Assembly (NCBI RefSeq): GCF_008831285.2
Contig: NC_045138.2
Location: forward strand, 26,474,001 to 26,538,000
DNA length: 64,000 nt
Reading direction: 5' to 3'
Source: Nymphaea colorata
Taxonomy: Eukaryota
In this document: piece after piece, positions 27,649 to 41,994 of the stretch
Layout of the letters: each line of letters opens with the position of its first letter
Position numbering within the stretch: the first letter of the stretch is position 1
Translations under genes and position numbers: made by a program
The notes under the pieces: model-generated
Databases searched by the model: none
What the model saw: the letters and a program-made list of their open reading frames with translations, nothing else
Told to the model about the DNA's origin: nothing

Positions 27649-28682
27649 AGGTTCGAATTTTAGTGTACAAGGCACAATTATACCCCCTCGCCGTTGGTAG
27701 ATGGATGTGACTGTCATATAGTAGCGAGGAAAATGGAAGTCTTGGAAAGAACAGCTTCAGGTAAAATAGTGAATCGAGCCTAAATCTAGAAATCTTTAAT
27801 TGCTTAGTTCTCGTTGATTTAAGTGGCTTAATATAAACACTTAAATAAGCACCTGATTTCAAAAAAAGACGCTAATCTAATGGCTAAATATATGATGGCA
27901 GAACATGAACATGATTTGGTTGAAGTGTTTCTAGATACTAAAACATGGACAGATGATGGCAATGTTGGTAGCTTAATTGCGATAACGGTGGTGATGGGTC
28001 GCCCAAGTACTAACGAAAGGTAGACATGCTTACTCCTGACCGGTGATAACCATAGCATATAATCCTAGTGACTCCCCACGTCCCTTGACAGTATCCTACG
28101 CAATGTTTAGGGACGCAAAGCTTCTTTCGTTGGAGGCACTGTTTTCAATCTGTAGATGTAGACATATCTTTCACTGAAGATGTCTTTATCAGAAAACAAG
28201 TAAAAGCTAATGGGATTGCGATCATGGGATGAACGTGTTCCTTACCCTAGTTCTGACGACAAGCTGCAGCCAAAGGTTTCACAAGGAAGCCAACACTTAC
28301 GTTTCCCTTAGAACTTGGAAGATACAATTCAGTTTTCTTCTTAAAATAAATAGCCGTATCAAGTGACCTGACTCGTATATTCAGCAGAAAAGCAAAAGCT
28401 TATCATGCTGAGGTAGAAAAAACAATACATCGTCTACTTCGATAATTTTGGCCAAAATTGATTTCCTAGAACTTTTTTTTGTTCCCCTTATAAAGGGCAA
28501 CGCCTTGAAACAAGTAGTTGATTTGAAACATTAAGATAAGACTAAGATGCGAAAGTTCTTAATGAGTTATATTAGCCAACAAGAGGCTTAAAAACTTGGC
28601 CAGGTGGCAGCAATAAGAGTTAGTGCCAGGGTGAAACACTGAGCGCAACTTTCGAGTTCCAAAGAAGGAGAATAAACTCAAG

Positions 28683-28686
<4 letters not shown>

Positions 28687-28729
<43 letters not shown>
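28687..28729. repeat. (TA)n microsatellite
   Basis: Directly visible. Confidence 0.95.
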
Positions 28730-28732
<3 letters not shown>

Positions 28733-29140
28733 TAAACAATGATTCTAGTTAAATAAAATCATCCAACCTTCTAACCAAGACCTTCCATCTATCTGTCAGA
28801 TGAATGGTTGGGAGGGAGGAAAACAATGAAAAAAAAATGTAAACTAATACTAAATAACGAAAATGTCGATCACTTTTTTCTTTATTTTTTTATTAACCAT
28901 CACTCGTGTTGGATCGAAAAATTAAATGGCTAGGTGACTCTAAAAAGCTAGTCACCAAACATCAAACCATGACTGTCCATTCGAAAGCATATGGATGACC
29001 TAAAAAAAATAAACTAGGGAGCAAGGGAAGCCCCATTGGCTCCCCTCATGGCATCACCAGGCCTGCTGGCGATGGGGGGAGCTGCCAGGGCTGTAGGAGG
29101 AGGAAGGGGAAAGGTAGATACAAAGTCACAATATATATAT

Positions 29141-29142
<2 letters not shown>

Positions 29143-29188
<46 letters not shown>
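29143..29188. repeat. (GA)n microsatellite
   Basis: Directly visible. Confidence 0.95.
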
Positions 29189-29191
<3 letters not shown>

Positions 29192-29906
29192 GGGGTGGGG
29201 AGGGGAGAGGAGAGGAGATCTGGGCTCTCATGCAGGTTTGATGTCTCCTGGTGTCTATTGAGTTTAGATCACCATTCAATTAATATGTATATATATACCA
29301 CACACACACACGCATAGACACGAGAGAGAGAGAGAGAACATATTACAATAATTTGCTTCCTGGCTTTACGTGACTAACAACTTTTTCATGGCTCAAATGT
29401 ATCCGTTCAATATTGGTAAGCAAAACTCCAGGAGGTTTCCGCCGAAAGAGGGGCTCCCACAGTTCAGGAGGCAACAACAAAAAACTGGCATATGAAGGTA
29501 ACTGGATACATAGAAGAAATTCCCTTCCCCGAAAAGTCCCACGTTACAAATTCTTAGCATGCTATATGGCTGTTAAGGATACTTCTAGAATAATAAAAAT
29601 TGACAAAGTTGCGTACATGATGGTTTACTGAAGGACGAGTAATTACCTAACAATGTGGAAATGGGTTCTTGAAAAAGCTAGTAGACAAAAATGTAGTGCT
29701 ATGTGGGAGAATTAAGTAGAACCTATATGCCATACACGGCTCAGCTTCAAGTGTTTCCGTCAGCACAGTGATACTCCAGGGTTCGGATTTACCGGCTTTA
29801 TCCAAATCCATCAAAGTTCACAAAAGTGAGCGGGAGAACTTTAGAGCTAACTTACATGTTTAACTTGGTTACAGCCCCCGTACGAGATCACCCCACTAGA
29901 AGTACT

Positions 29907-32900
29907 TCAATCTTGCCCTTCCTGAATGTGGCGATCAGCATGAGAATTGTTGCACTGGTGTAATGGAGCACCACTAGATAATGACACTTTCTGAGACTCG
30001 TTTGAAATGGAACTTGGGAGAATGTTTGAACAATGCTTTCTATCAGTTTCATGCGAAGTGGCAGGAGCCATCACTGTCGCAGAATTATCCTCAGTTTCAC
30101 CACCATCTTCCTGATGATTTCTATCTCTACCAGCAACTGTCAAAAGAAACATGTTAGGTTGCAAAAGCACAACAAGAGAGGATGAACCACAATTAGATGA
30201 ATACCTGATTGAGTGGCTATTGGACATGGTTGTGAAGCAGCTGCTGATGCTGCAGGGCCTTTTTTCAACCTCATCTGGAAAAAAGGCAAGATGTCTTAAA
30301 ATATACATACAAAAACAACCCTACGTGTTCTGCTAAACTTGCAACACCCTCCAAAACGATAAATACTCCATAGAAGAATGTTGGATAATTTTATACCTTC
30401 ATATTTTCTTCACAGTGCTTGACAACAGACAGAATGCTTGAATAACGACCATGCATGAGCGCATAAGCCCACAACAGAAGTTTACGAGGAATACTGAGAT
30501 CAAGAATATCAACGCTAGCCGAAGGAATATACTCCGTTCCAGGCAAGGATGAAGTCTGTGCTGATCGACATGTTGTGGTGTATAGATTGATACCAGAAAT
30601 ATGTGTGCCACAATGGCTATCACGGTAGAAGTTGTAAGCACATCTAAGTAAGGTGGCAGCAGTTTGCATATTTTCTGCCACTGCTTGCTTGACTGGCATG
30701 TTCTTTATTTTTGACAATACATGGCTCCTTTTCAGTTCAAGTTCTTTCTGGTGAACTGGGTCTTCAATTGATGAATGCCAAAGTTCACCCTCTTGTATAT
30801 CGACACAAAGCTGCACATTGTTATCGGAGCAATTAGCCACTTGGGTTTGCTCCATCTGAGATTCACCAGCAGGTGGTGTAATTGAAGCCAAGCTGGAAAG
30901 AATAGTGCGACACCATGCTGCAGATGCATGCTTACAAATTTTAGCACAGTTGTTATTTGCCAACTTCGGGTTTTTGAAACGCTTGCGAATTCTTTCATTT
31001 ATTGCTTCAAGTGTGTCAAGCTTCATATCAGACTCAAATGTGTGTATATACTGGTGAATATAGCTGTAAGAAAATGTGTCAGACTGCAAATTGGTCATGA
31101 AAAGGAAAGCAATGGAAATGTCTCTCTTAACTTCACTTACCCATAGAGAGTATTCTCTGAAATACCAGAGCCAGATGGTATAGTCAGTTCAGGTAAGCCG
31201 CTTATCTCATTCCACATGCTTCCATTTTCGATAAACACATGGAATAGCCTCTCTAATAAGGTCTCAACAGTCAAGCTAGAACCAGCTGTCTCAGCCTGCT
31301 TGATGGAGGAACAGAGTGCTTGGACATACCTTCCGAGGGCAACTGGAACAATGTCTTCAAGACACAAAGAGAACTAAAGAAAACATACCAACTTTAGAAA
31401 TCTCTACTTTCCACATAATTTTGGCAAGGAATCAACATTACAAGAATGCACATATAACATATTTCCGCAGATAAAAAAACAGAACTAAACAAGAGGACAG
31501 GTAAAACTGGTTACCCTTCTGTCTGTGCGAAGAGATGAGTAAGCCCGTTCAAGAGTAGAAAAGTCTCCAGATTTTTCTAACAAATGCAAGTAAAGAAGCG
31601 TATATTTTCGAATGCAGGTAATGAATTTGCGAGAGCTTTCAGGCAACCCAAGTTCCAAACTTTTTTTGTTACCAACAGGTCCAGGGGTTCTTCTCCTGGA
31701 AAATATCAAGAGACTCATCATTCCACAACATGGATAAAATAGAAACAACGTTCCTATCCAATAGCATAGAGAAAACTTACCTAAGTTTTTGAAACAATCT
31801 TCTTAGTCATAGATTTGGCTAACAAGTAAACGACGTACCTTCCCTTTTTCACAGCACCATCTATTTCCCACATATAAATAGTGAAAGCAGACCGAGATGA
31901 TTTGAAACAAAATGATAGTTCCTCTTTTGCTCGTTGCAGATCTCCACTATTGCCCCTTCTGTAAAACCCTTGTGCAAGCATATACCTTGCTTTATGGAAA
32001 TGTTTGAGTTCACCTTCAACACAGACTTCAAGAGCTGATAGGCAGTCAGCATATAGAGTTTCCCATGCCTCTTCTAGCTTTTGCAACTCTATCTGCCTTT
32101 CCCCTTTTCCTGGATTTGTTTGTGCAGTCCTGTCCTTTTCATCCATTGATGGTTGATGACCTGGATCTACTTCGCCTATTAGGCTGAAGACAGAATCTTT
32201 CACTGACTTATGAAGAGCATGTTCAGCAACGACCTGAGCATTATACCACAATGGATCAGAGCATAAAGTACGAATAATTGCTATCAACCAACACACGCAC
32301 ACACAGATTCAGCAAAATCAAAACACCTACCTGAAGAGTGTGCAAGTCATGTTTTCCGGAAACACTTAGTAGCTTCAAACGAGATGCGTGAGTCCTGTAT
32401 ACGGCATCTACAGCCAAAGGATTAACGCTGGATGCCTTACTATAATATGAAAATGCCTTTTCACATGGATATCTTAGCTTTTCACAGAGCTTTCCAAGGT
32501 AGAGGGCATGCGACCAATCTGGCCTACAAAAAAGAAAGTATCTTGCACATGAAACTTGGTAAACTCGACTTGTTTAGATTTGAAATACACAACTGAATGG
32601 AAAACCATGAAATTACTTCATAGCAAAAGCTTTCTCAAAGTGCTTCATTGCGTTCTTGCAGAACATGGTCCAAGTTGCATCCTTTGTTGGTAAAACAACT
32701 CTTTGATCATAAAATGGCACAACATTCTGAAGGCTGTCATAATACACGAGAGCTAACAACTCATGTATCTGGCCCTGAATAAACAGAATTAAAGGCATCA
32801 AAGTGTATCAAGAGCCTGCTACTGTGATTTGAGCCAAGCACAAAAATTACATAATATTGGCTTCAACAACTAAATGTACTTAAAACTTCTAAACTTCTAT

Positions 32901-35900
32901 TATGCAGGACTATAAGAACCTGCTGAGTTGGAGTTCTAGCAAGAGCAAGACTCATCAATGAGCACCGTCTGCTCCTCCTCCTGCTGGCCTCCACTCTCTG
33001 TGATAATATAGGTTGCTTTCTCCATTCTCGAACATTAATATGTTTGCTTCCATCATTCAGCATCAGGTCTACTTCCTGTGACAAATTAAAGTAACAAATT
33101 CGTTGTAAATGGAAAATGGTGAACATAAATGCTGTTGCAAGCATGAGCAATCAAATCAAATTGATTATGTTATAATTAGTGAGACAAAGATGTAGACTTT
33201 TTTAAGTTTCAGAATGGCATATATATATATATATATATATATATAAAGAGAGAGAGAGAGAAGTCATGGAGCAAGCATGCAACCTCTGATCTAAAACGGT
33301 GGACCACAGAAAACTTGTAGAACTTTTGACGGCCATTAAAGTCCATTTTGCAGCATACGTTGCATGAATTGAATTCCCCGTTCAAGTACCTATCAACACC
33401 ATTTGGAAAACAGTGTTCATCTGCATGCATACACAGGGGGGGGGGAAAAATCCAATTGAAAACTCAGACCAAAATCTAGATGCAAGCCAAAATTATATCT
33501 CCTCTACAAATCATTTTCAGTTTGCTCATTAAATCATTTTGCAATAGTGTTGGTACACGTTGAATAGCTTTCTATTGATTCAGCCCCTTTCTCCTCCTCT
33601 TGATCATATCAACTTATCCTCCCATCTCTCTCTCTCCTCATTTCCTTCTTCTTTCATCTCTTCATTTTTTCGGTTCATGTGATTAAACAATGTTATCACA
33701 CTTGGGTTAGGAACTTAGGCTTAGGCCTATAGCCACAAACATTGCGATATTTTCAAAAAAACCCGGATATTAACAAAAAAAGTGAAAAGAAGGGGAAAAA
33801 TTCGTGATTTTCGAAAAAAAATGTTGAAAATCAATTTATCACATTTTTTTGCGATTTTTTCATTTATTTTTTATTTCATCTTCTGTTTTCATTTTTTTCA
33901 ACTTCTATTTCATTGTTTTATTTCCTCTTGTTTTAGGTATTTAACGTGACCTCCTATATGCAATACAATGCTTATTACTTTATTATTTTTATCATTTTAG
34001 CTTGTTTTTTTTTTTCGTCTTCTTATTAGTTTCTCACTTATTGTACTTTTACCTAACATTTTAATTTTATATTTTTTTAACTTCCGAGATTTTCCCAAAA
34101 AAATAACTTTGCAGACAAATACCTGAGAAAAACCTCACGGATAAAACCTGAGAAAGATATTTATGGCTATGGTTGGGCCTGAGTATTCCATTTCATTGGA
34201 TTTAGAAACCTACTTCCAATGGGACTAGAAAAAAACTGGCTGTGGATCTAGGGACCAGTACAATCAGTTTTGAACTCTGGATCCTATCAAAGCAGATCTG
34301 AAGGAAGCTGTATAGCCAGCTCTGGAACCAGTCAAGGTAGATATAGATTTAGTGCTATGAAGGCTATGCCTATTCAGCTTAAACAAAACCTGGTGCAACC
34401 AGGTTGGTGTTTGACTAGACCAAATCCAAGCTCTATGCACAGTCTAAAACACTGGATCTATAAATGGAAATACAATAATAACAGGCATAACTACATCAAC
34501 AATTTTGCAAAATGCTATAGCCCTTGAAAAACATCATGAGCAGCTAGAAGATGAAAACATTGAAAAATACAAAATGCTAGGGGAGGTACTTGAAACTAGA
34601 TTCTCAGTAAAATGCATTACCTCATCATAGATGTTTGCAAGACGCTGCCAGCTCTCAAACCGCAAAGGATTATATAACAAATCAAACTTGAAAAGTTTTG
34701 CATTTTGATCAATGAATGCTTCCCCTTCCTTGGTAAGTACAAAACCAGGCCACTTATCAGTTGCATTCATATCTTCAGCTTGAGCTAGGAAGAAATACAA
34801 GTTGCTGTACACCTCCAAATATGGTTCAGACCTGCAAGTTTTTTGATGAAGAAACCAAATATTTGAATTTTGAAGCAACAAAGCCTGAATTCAAAGAACT
34901 AGAGAACAGTTTGACATGGGACTTGGCAAGGACCATACAATAAAATACCTCATTGTAATGTTGGCCTCAGGTCCCCTCCCACCAGGAAAAATCAGATTGA
35001 TAACAGATTCAAGCATCTCGCCAGGTCCTGCCATCTCAGAGAGCTTGTCTTCACATACATCAGAACTGTCCAAGAACTTATCTACCGAACATTCTCTCAT
35101 TATTTCTTCAGGTGGCTGTGGGAAGTGTTTGCGGATAGCCCTTAATACTCTCCGGAGCTTTACCAAACCAGCTCTCTGTCATATAAGAGAAAGCCATCTA
35201 TGACCTCAGTGATCATATAGATCAACTAGATTTCCCCTTTTTTCTCAAATGTATCAAAATGGTCGGGGTAACGTTTTTTTGTTTGTTTGTTTAGGGGGGA
35301 GGGTGGGGTTGTTGTTGGGGGCATAAATCTAGTGATGAATTTTCTTAAGGGATCCTTTCCTAAAAAAACATTTGAATTACAAATAAAGTGAAGTATGGAA
35401 AATTTGACCTTCTAAAAGGGAAACTAAAAATACAAGGAAAATAAGTAAGATTTTAGCTAGCATTTGAAAGACAAAAGGTTTATTTCCTCAAAATCCACAT
35501 ATACAAGCTATACCCTAAAAACCAATGCAATCATTTTTTAGGATAATGGTGGGAAGCATTTACTGCATCTTCACAAGCAAAGTTAACATAGAAAATGTTT
35601 ACTAACCGATGAAGCCTTTGCATATGGCAGAAGATAGCGAAAGACATCAGCACATTGCTCCTTTGTTTGGTAATCCCCACGGTTAGTGTTTCTATGTACT
35701 GCTAGGTCATCATCGCCTGCTGATTCTGTACCAGATTTAAGATTCAAACCATATAAACAGAAAAAGCTCTGGTCTAGAGCATTATCTATTCCTAACTCCA
35801 CTTTTTGATTCTCCACTTCAAAAGAATGCTTCTCACCATCGGAAGTACCATTTTTCCTGACTTTCATGTGCTGAGAATCTGACTTTCTATCAAACCCTTC

Positions 35901-38900
35901 TTTTCCACTTTCCAGGCCCTCCTCATCCTTCTCTGCTGTTTCATGAAACAAAGTTCTCTCTGGAATTACTTCGTCAAAAGAATCCTTATCAACAAAACTA
36001 CTCTCATCCTTCTCTAGTACAGTCAATTCTGTTTCAACACAGGTGTTTGCCTCTAAACCTGTCTCACATAGTGAGATATTGGACAAGGATTCAACGTTCT
36101 CCTTTGTCTCTAGTGCATTATTTGGCAAGTTCTGAGCAGATTTTAGCTTCACATCTAAGGCCAAGAGATGCCTAATGGCTAGCTTAAGAAACATCCCTTC
36201 TTCTCCTTCACTATCTTTGCCAGCACAGCAGAGGCCATATTCAGCTAAAAGATCATGCATTGTCACAATCAAATCAACCTGTAGTTTCAGATAGGAGACA
36301 AAAAGAAGATGATAATTAACTAAATTTTACACATATCCGGGTCAGTTAAATACTATCATAAAGACATAAACTCACTTGGGTCTTCACAGGGATACTAGTA
36401 GTAGCATGTTGGAGTTTACAGAAAGCCATTGCTGCATCAACAAAACAATTGCTCTCTAGATGTCCCATACAAACAGGCTTATGACGAAGAAATTCCCTCG
36501 CCATATTTGACATAACTATCAAGAGAACATTCTGAATCTGTGCAACTGTGCCCATGGGAATGGTGAAGCCATCCTGCATAAATGAAAAATTGAGTTGCTA
36601 TGCACATAAGGACAAGGAAGGAGATGTGATGGAAGAAGAACCAATAGTAGATATAGAGATTATGTAGACGAAATACCAAGAAGCACATGAACACAGAAGG
36701 CGCACTTGTCCAACGTGCATATTACTTGTCAATAAATATCAAACAATGACATGGACATGGAATGAGGATTTGAGTATGAAAAAGAAATAGATCAGGATTT
36801 CCTCTAATCAGAAACATAAATCATAGAAAGAACTGTAACTTGCATTGGTACAGAAACCACCTTAAAGAAGCTAGCTCAATCTCACCAAGACAACATAGTA
36901 AAACAGACCCCCATTCTTTAGCATTAGTAAACAAGGTATGAGGACTGAAGTTTAAATATCACAAAGAATCTTTACGGAAGTATCAGATAAACCTTTTCGA
37001 GTTGGAATATGCTTTTGTAGCATCCCAGTTTCAGGCTAGGTAGGGGAAAAAAACAAAAGGTCACTGTCCCTATAGAAAAAGCTATGCCTGTTGAACAGAA
37101 AAAGTGTTCCCATTAAACAGAATTCATCGTAGGAGCACATGCCACCTAAACTGCCTTTCAAGTTACCAGAAGACACGAAACACTTACAAGTTTTCCATTT
37201 TCATCAATTGAATCTCCTAATTGTGATGCACATAGGGCTATTTCTCTCACTTCCTCAGCGACCAGGCTTTTCAAATATTTACCTTTCTTCTCTGCAGCTT
37301 CCAATTCCAAACTTGCAGAAGACAGATTCATAATAGACTTCCTGGGATGGGAAGCATTTGATAAAAGTAGTTCTGCTACTTCAGCAATGGTAGTAAGGAT
37401 TTGCAGTTTACGCCAGTGACAATTCAAGTAGTCCTCTGTCCTCAACTTTTTTTCCTTTTCATAAGATGAAATGAGAAAATCTAGGGCAGATAACTCAACT
37501 GAGGACAGCCCCTTTTGTTCATTGTAAGAACCAAATAGAACATCAAGATAAGTATCTTTACTGCAGAGAACAAGAGGAGAAAGTGCTCTCACACAGTCAT
37601 CGTGCATTCCAGTGTCAATCATTTCACCACTTCTACTCAATATGTGCTCAATTTTTAACAAACTTATTTCATAGAGAATTCTTTTAATGGAAAGATATCT
37701 AACGACCCTGCAGTGAGGCAGCGGGACAATGCAAGAAGGATTAACCATGTCTGCATTGATAAAGAAGGATAATGCCTTATCAAACTCTTCACGTGCTTTT
37801 GCCTTGTTATCAGAGGTTGACAATCTACCACTTAACCAATGGAAACGAATCTGAAAGGAACACCTAGAGGGTAAGACAGAATGGTTTGTGACAAGTTGTC
37901 CACTAGTCGAATCATCTGCTTGTAAGGAACTTCTGTCCCTGAAACTCTCTCCTTCAAGCTTCATTTCATCCTGCTCCCACTGCATGGGATGGTTTAAGTC
38001 ATATTGAGAAACGAGATCTGGATCAGATAAACATGGATTCAGAGGCTCGGCATAATCCAAAGTAACAACTTCAACGACTTTACAGAGATGGTATGATGCC
38101 TCTGAGAAGAATGCCAACAGTTGGGATTCAAGTGCTGAATATGATCCAATGTCATAGTATAGCTCAGCCAAAAAAAGGCTGCAATAAGGTGTTCTATCCT
38201 GAGTCCAGTTTCTAGTTAACTTTTCCAGCTCCAGTAACCTTAAGAAGCATTCCTGATAAGGCAGGCCTTTGCTGGCAATACGCTCCAGGAGTAGATGACC
38301 TACATGACAAGCACCATAATTGTTTGATACCTCCATTACAAAACTATTGACATAACTGTCTTCCATAGTAGATAGAGGAAAATCAGAGTCTGTAACAAAA
38401 TATCTTATGGCAGAAACTTTTTCCATGCCTCGTCCATCAACAATAAATGGTTCAAGCAATTGAGCTAGAACTTCTGCTTGATCCCTGGAACCCGTGCATT
38501 CCTCTTTCTCAGGTTTGCGATTTCTGAGCCTTTCTAAGCGAGTACTTCGTCTTTCATGTGGGTGATCCTCGTCAACAGAAACCTCCTTGTCTTTTACACC
38601 ACTTGACCTGTCAGATCCACAATCACTAAGAGACAGCATATCGGATGCTGAAACTCTTCTCTCTGTGTTTGCAGACCCAGATTCCACATCTGGAACTGTT
38701 TCTGAAATAGACGGTAGAACAATTTTTAGTTTTGCCCCTGAATATTTCCCCAGCTCCACTGTAGAACACTCTTCTTCTTTCTTTATATCACTGATATCTG
38801 TACTGCTAATAAAAAACTTAGAATGGGAACTGGACCTTTCATTAGATTGATCATCTTTACTACATGAACCACTGGCATCAGAATTACCTTCAACAACTGG

Positions 38901-41773
38901 ACCCAGAATTTTAATGATTACCTCCATAAGGCTAATCCAGGATGCTTCAGACAAATGAACTTCCAAATAAGTTTTAAGCCTTTTTGGTGCACTGTCATCA
39001 TCGCCATCAGATACTCTTCTCCTTTTTAGAAATTTCAGCCGGACATGCTTAGGCTCCAGTTTGTCTATACCCCGTGGAGCAAATGGGATTGGTTCTGCTT
39101 CTTCCAAGACTTTTTTCACCTCCAAAGCTCGAGAGTGTGATGGCCAATGACGTAATATCAACTCAGCAACAGAAAGACAAGAAACCTCATCTCTGATAGC
39201 AATAAGCACTTCCAACAGTTTCTCCATGCAATTCCCTGCATAAGGAAGAAGCATAAAGAAGGTTTAGAGTGACCAAATCTTCAAATATTACCATGAAACT
39301 TTCAGCTATGGTGTAAATAATGAATATTATCACTTCAACCATACAAAAATTTCAATTGAGTGAACCAGCTAAAGAATGCCATAAAACAAAGTATCATCAT
39401 TTTACGATAAAGATAGCTGAAAAGTAAAAACTATTAATTGTAGAATAGTTTATTAACAAGAAAGGTTCACTGAATCCATAGGCTACATACAGTTGTTTGG
39501 GCTACAAAGAAGCCCTTGTTCAAATGCCCATCTTGAGATACTTAGTAAACCCATGTTGCATGACAAAGTACCCAACTTATTCCAGACAACTGAATCCTTT
39601 GCATCGATTTCCACAGCTTCTAAATAGCACTGTATGGCACTCTCATAATGCAGAGACCCTTGCTGAAGGAAAACAGTAGCTAAATTTTTTAAAGCCAAAA
39701 ACCTGCAGAAGGAGAAGCAATTCATTGCCCAGCAGAGTAGAGGTCCAGAAAAAAAATATGACTTCAGAAGAATAGCCAACACATCCAGCTAAGTGCAACA
39801 AGGCCAAAAGAGGTCCAGATGGCCATTGCTTCAGAAAAATAGACAAGGCCAAAAAAGATCCAGATGGCCATTGCTTCAGAAAAATAGACAAGTTTCACAA
39901 ACGAAATATAACCTAAAGGATTTCACCTATGCCAAACGAATGAACAAATCATCACCTTCACAGAAACTATATTTTCCAAGATGAAACACTAACCAAACAT
40001 CTTTAAGTTATTAGCATCTCAGCTTCTAATACATTCTCATATTAGTAGTCATTTCTACTGTAAATTTCTTTTAGAAGAAGCAAATGCCCTTTAAGTACTC
40101 TTCTTCAAATTGCTAGCTGTTGATGAAAAAGTATGATTCTGTCTCCTGGAAGCCAATTGATTAAAAAAGTGCATTTCTGTCGTAACATCCTTCCATCCAA
40201 TTAATTCAGGCTTTTCATCACCATCTTATTCCAATTTTAAGTTCTGGACTCTCATGAAGATTGAAATCTAAAGAAGGATTTCATAAATTCTTCTGCTCCT
40301 TTAAATCACCTGTATATGTTCTCGTCTGAAGGCTCAAAAAGTTGTCTCTTCCATGGGTTTACGTTGATTCAACTTCACTTGCATCTGTTTACTTTCTCCT
40401 AGACTAATTTGCTTGCAAGCATGAAATGGTCCATCACCCTATTTTTAGTGCTGCACAGTTGCCTCACCTCACCTTCTTTTTCAGATCGTTACATTTCGAC
40501 CACTAGAATTCTAGTTGGAAAGCATCGTCAAGTCAAGTTGCACTTAGGTTGAAAAGCACACCTCAGTATCTTCTACAAGCAAACTCCCTCAAGCCAGGGA
40601 ACTAAAGTACATACATATATGTGTCGGCATTTAACATCAGATGAAGTTATAAATACATAATACTAGAGAAGATCGTAAATAAGCACCAGGTGGGTTATAT
40701 CTGGTTAATAGCCAAAAGACATCATTGCAAGCCAAGAAGCGTGTAGAAAGAAGAAACCAGAAGATGACCCAAAAAAAAAAAAGCAAAGAAGACATACCTC
40801 AGTTGTAACAGATGGCATTCTCTGGTACTACTACCAACCTGACAAAAAGCAGAATAGTTAACCAGGGAGAAGGAAGAAAATGAGAGGCCTGGAATGGAAG
40901 GATAAAAAATGTATTCCACAAGGAGCACTTTCAGGACATACCTGAGCACTAGATATAATAAGAGGATCACGTAGAACAGATTCAAAAAGTTCTTGAGCTT
41001 TTGAGTATTCTTTAGCTTGCAGCCTCAAAAGGCCTTCATGATACGTTTGAGAAAGGTGAAACTCCTGAAATAAGCCATGTACTAGGTCACAACCCATAAA
41101 TCAAGAATGCTTTCAACCACGAAGAATGCAAAGGGGGGCAACAAGTTAAACAACCAACAAATCATTAAGTCACAGAACAAGTAGCAATATATGAAAAACT
41201 ACACTCTTAACATCGAAAAGCATTGTATTGTGTGCTCAAAGGCATGTCAAGGTCTTATTGGAAGCAAACCGTCAATGACGGAGATGATTTCAGCACACCC
41301 AGAGACGAACCAGTAGCATGGAATTCCGAAACGAACTAGAATTACACAAGTAGAAAAACCAGGGGTTGCTCGACTGCCTGACCATGTGGAGCTCATTCAC
41401 ATGATTTTTCATGAATGCACTGTTTTAGTGTAAATGTTCCGATACTACTTTGAGGAGATGGATACAGGTCAATTATGCTTAACTTTGGTCGGACCACCTA
41501 CTGTGCATCTCCAACGAGACTAAACGGCCACCGAGTTCATTGATCATCACCGCCCAATTGTGTTCGAAAGCAGACAAATATTAAGGAAAAAATCCGAAAA
41601 ATCAAACCCCAGCACTGAAATGCAAGGATAAAAGATGGTGATATAACGATAGGCGCTACAAAGCTGAAATTGCCGTGAATTTCTCAATCTATAACACGAC
41701 GGCGTTAATCAATACAAAGCTATCAAAAGATAACCTTCTTCAGCAAAATTCTTACAAGGGGCGAGGAATTCAG

Positions 41774-41817
<44 letters not shown>

Positions 41818-41994
41818 GCCTGTGCTTCCTTGGTGGGAGCCAACGGCTCCCATTGTCCGGCGGAGTCCGTGTCATTGATGGCGGCAATGGAAAACTGTAA
41901 CAAAAACCGAGGGGAAAAAAAGGAAGATGAAAACAGAAGTGACAAAAAGAGAGAGTCGACCAGATCAAAGAAAAAGGCCTCGGCGACTCACCAT
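29907..41994 (-). CDS. CABIN1: Calcineurin-binding protein 1 homologue (TPR scaffold of the HIRA H3.3 chaperone complex), about 2030 aa
   Basis: Exons 41994-41992 (ATG only), 41894-41820 (GC donor), 41064-40942, 40838-40798, 39702-39491, 39235-37188, 36573-36376, 36278-35607, 35175-34949, 34831-34621, 33075-32920, 32774-32617, 32523-32331, 32233-31839, 31695-31515, 31373-31141, 31063-30397, 30274-30205, 30136-29907 (6093 nt, in frame). N-terminus [42 protein letters not shown] segment [20 protein letters not shown]...[64 protein letters not shown]. These match plant CABIN1 as recalled. Confidence 0.95.
33219..33260. repeat. Compound (TA)n-(GA)n microsatellite in CABIN1 intron
   Basis: Directly visible. 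Confidence 0.9.
33728..34171. mobile_element. Candidate non-autonomous DNA transposon (MITE, hAT-like) in CABIN1 intron 10
   Basis: Imperfect TIRs: left tatagccacaaacatt versus reverse complement of right end catagccataaatatc. The 8-bp flanks cttaggcc / gttgggcc match 6 of 8. The ~444-bp interior is very AT-rich and non-coding. Confidence 0.5.
39797..39891. repeat. 45-bp tandem duplication in CABIN1 intron 4
   Basis: acaaggccaaaa(g/a)ag(g/a)tccagatggccattgcttcagaaaaatag x2. Confidence 0.92.
41777..41814. repeat. (GA)n microsatellite abutting the CABIN1 GC splice donor
   Basis: Directly visible; reads (CT)n on the sense strand immediately after GCAAGT. Confidence 0.95.

Noticed and set aside
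29036..29317. ORFs with poly-ER / poly-SL tracts (also around 41675-42076, 48166-48432 and 60273-60500)
   Set aside because: These are translations of (GA)n microsatellites with no protein-family signal.
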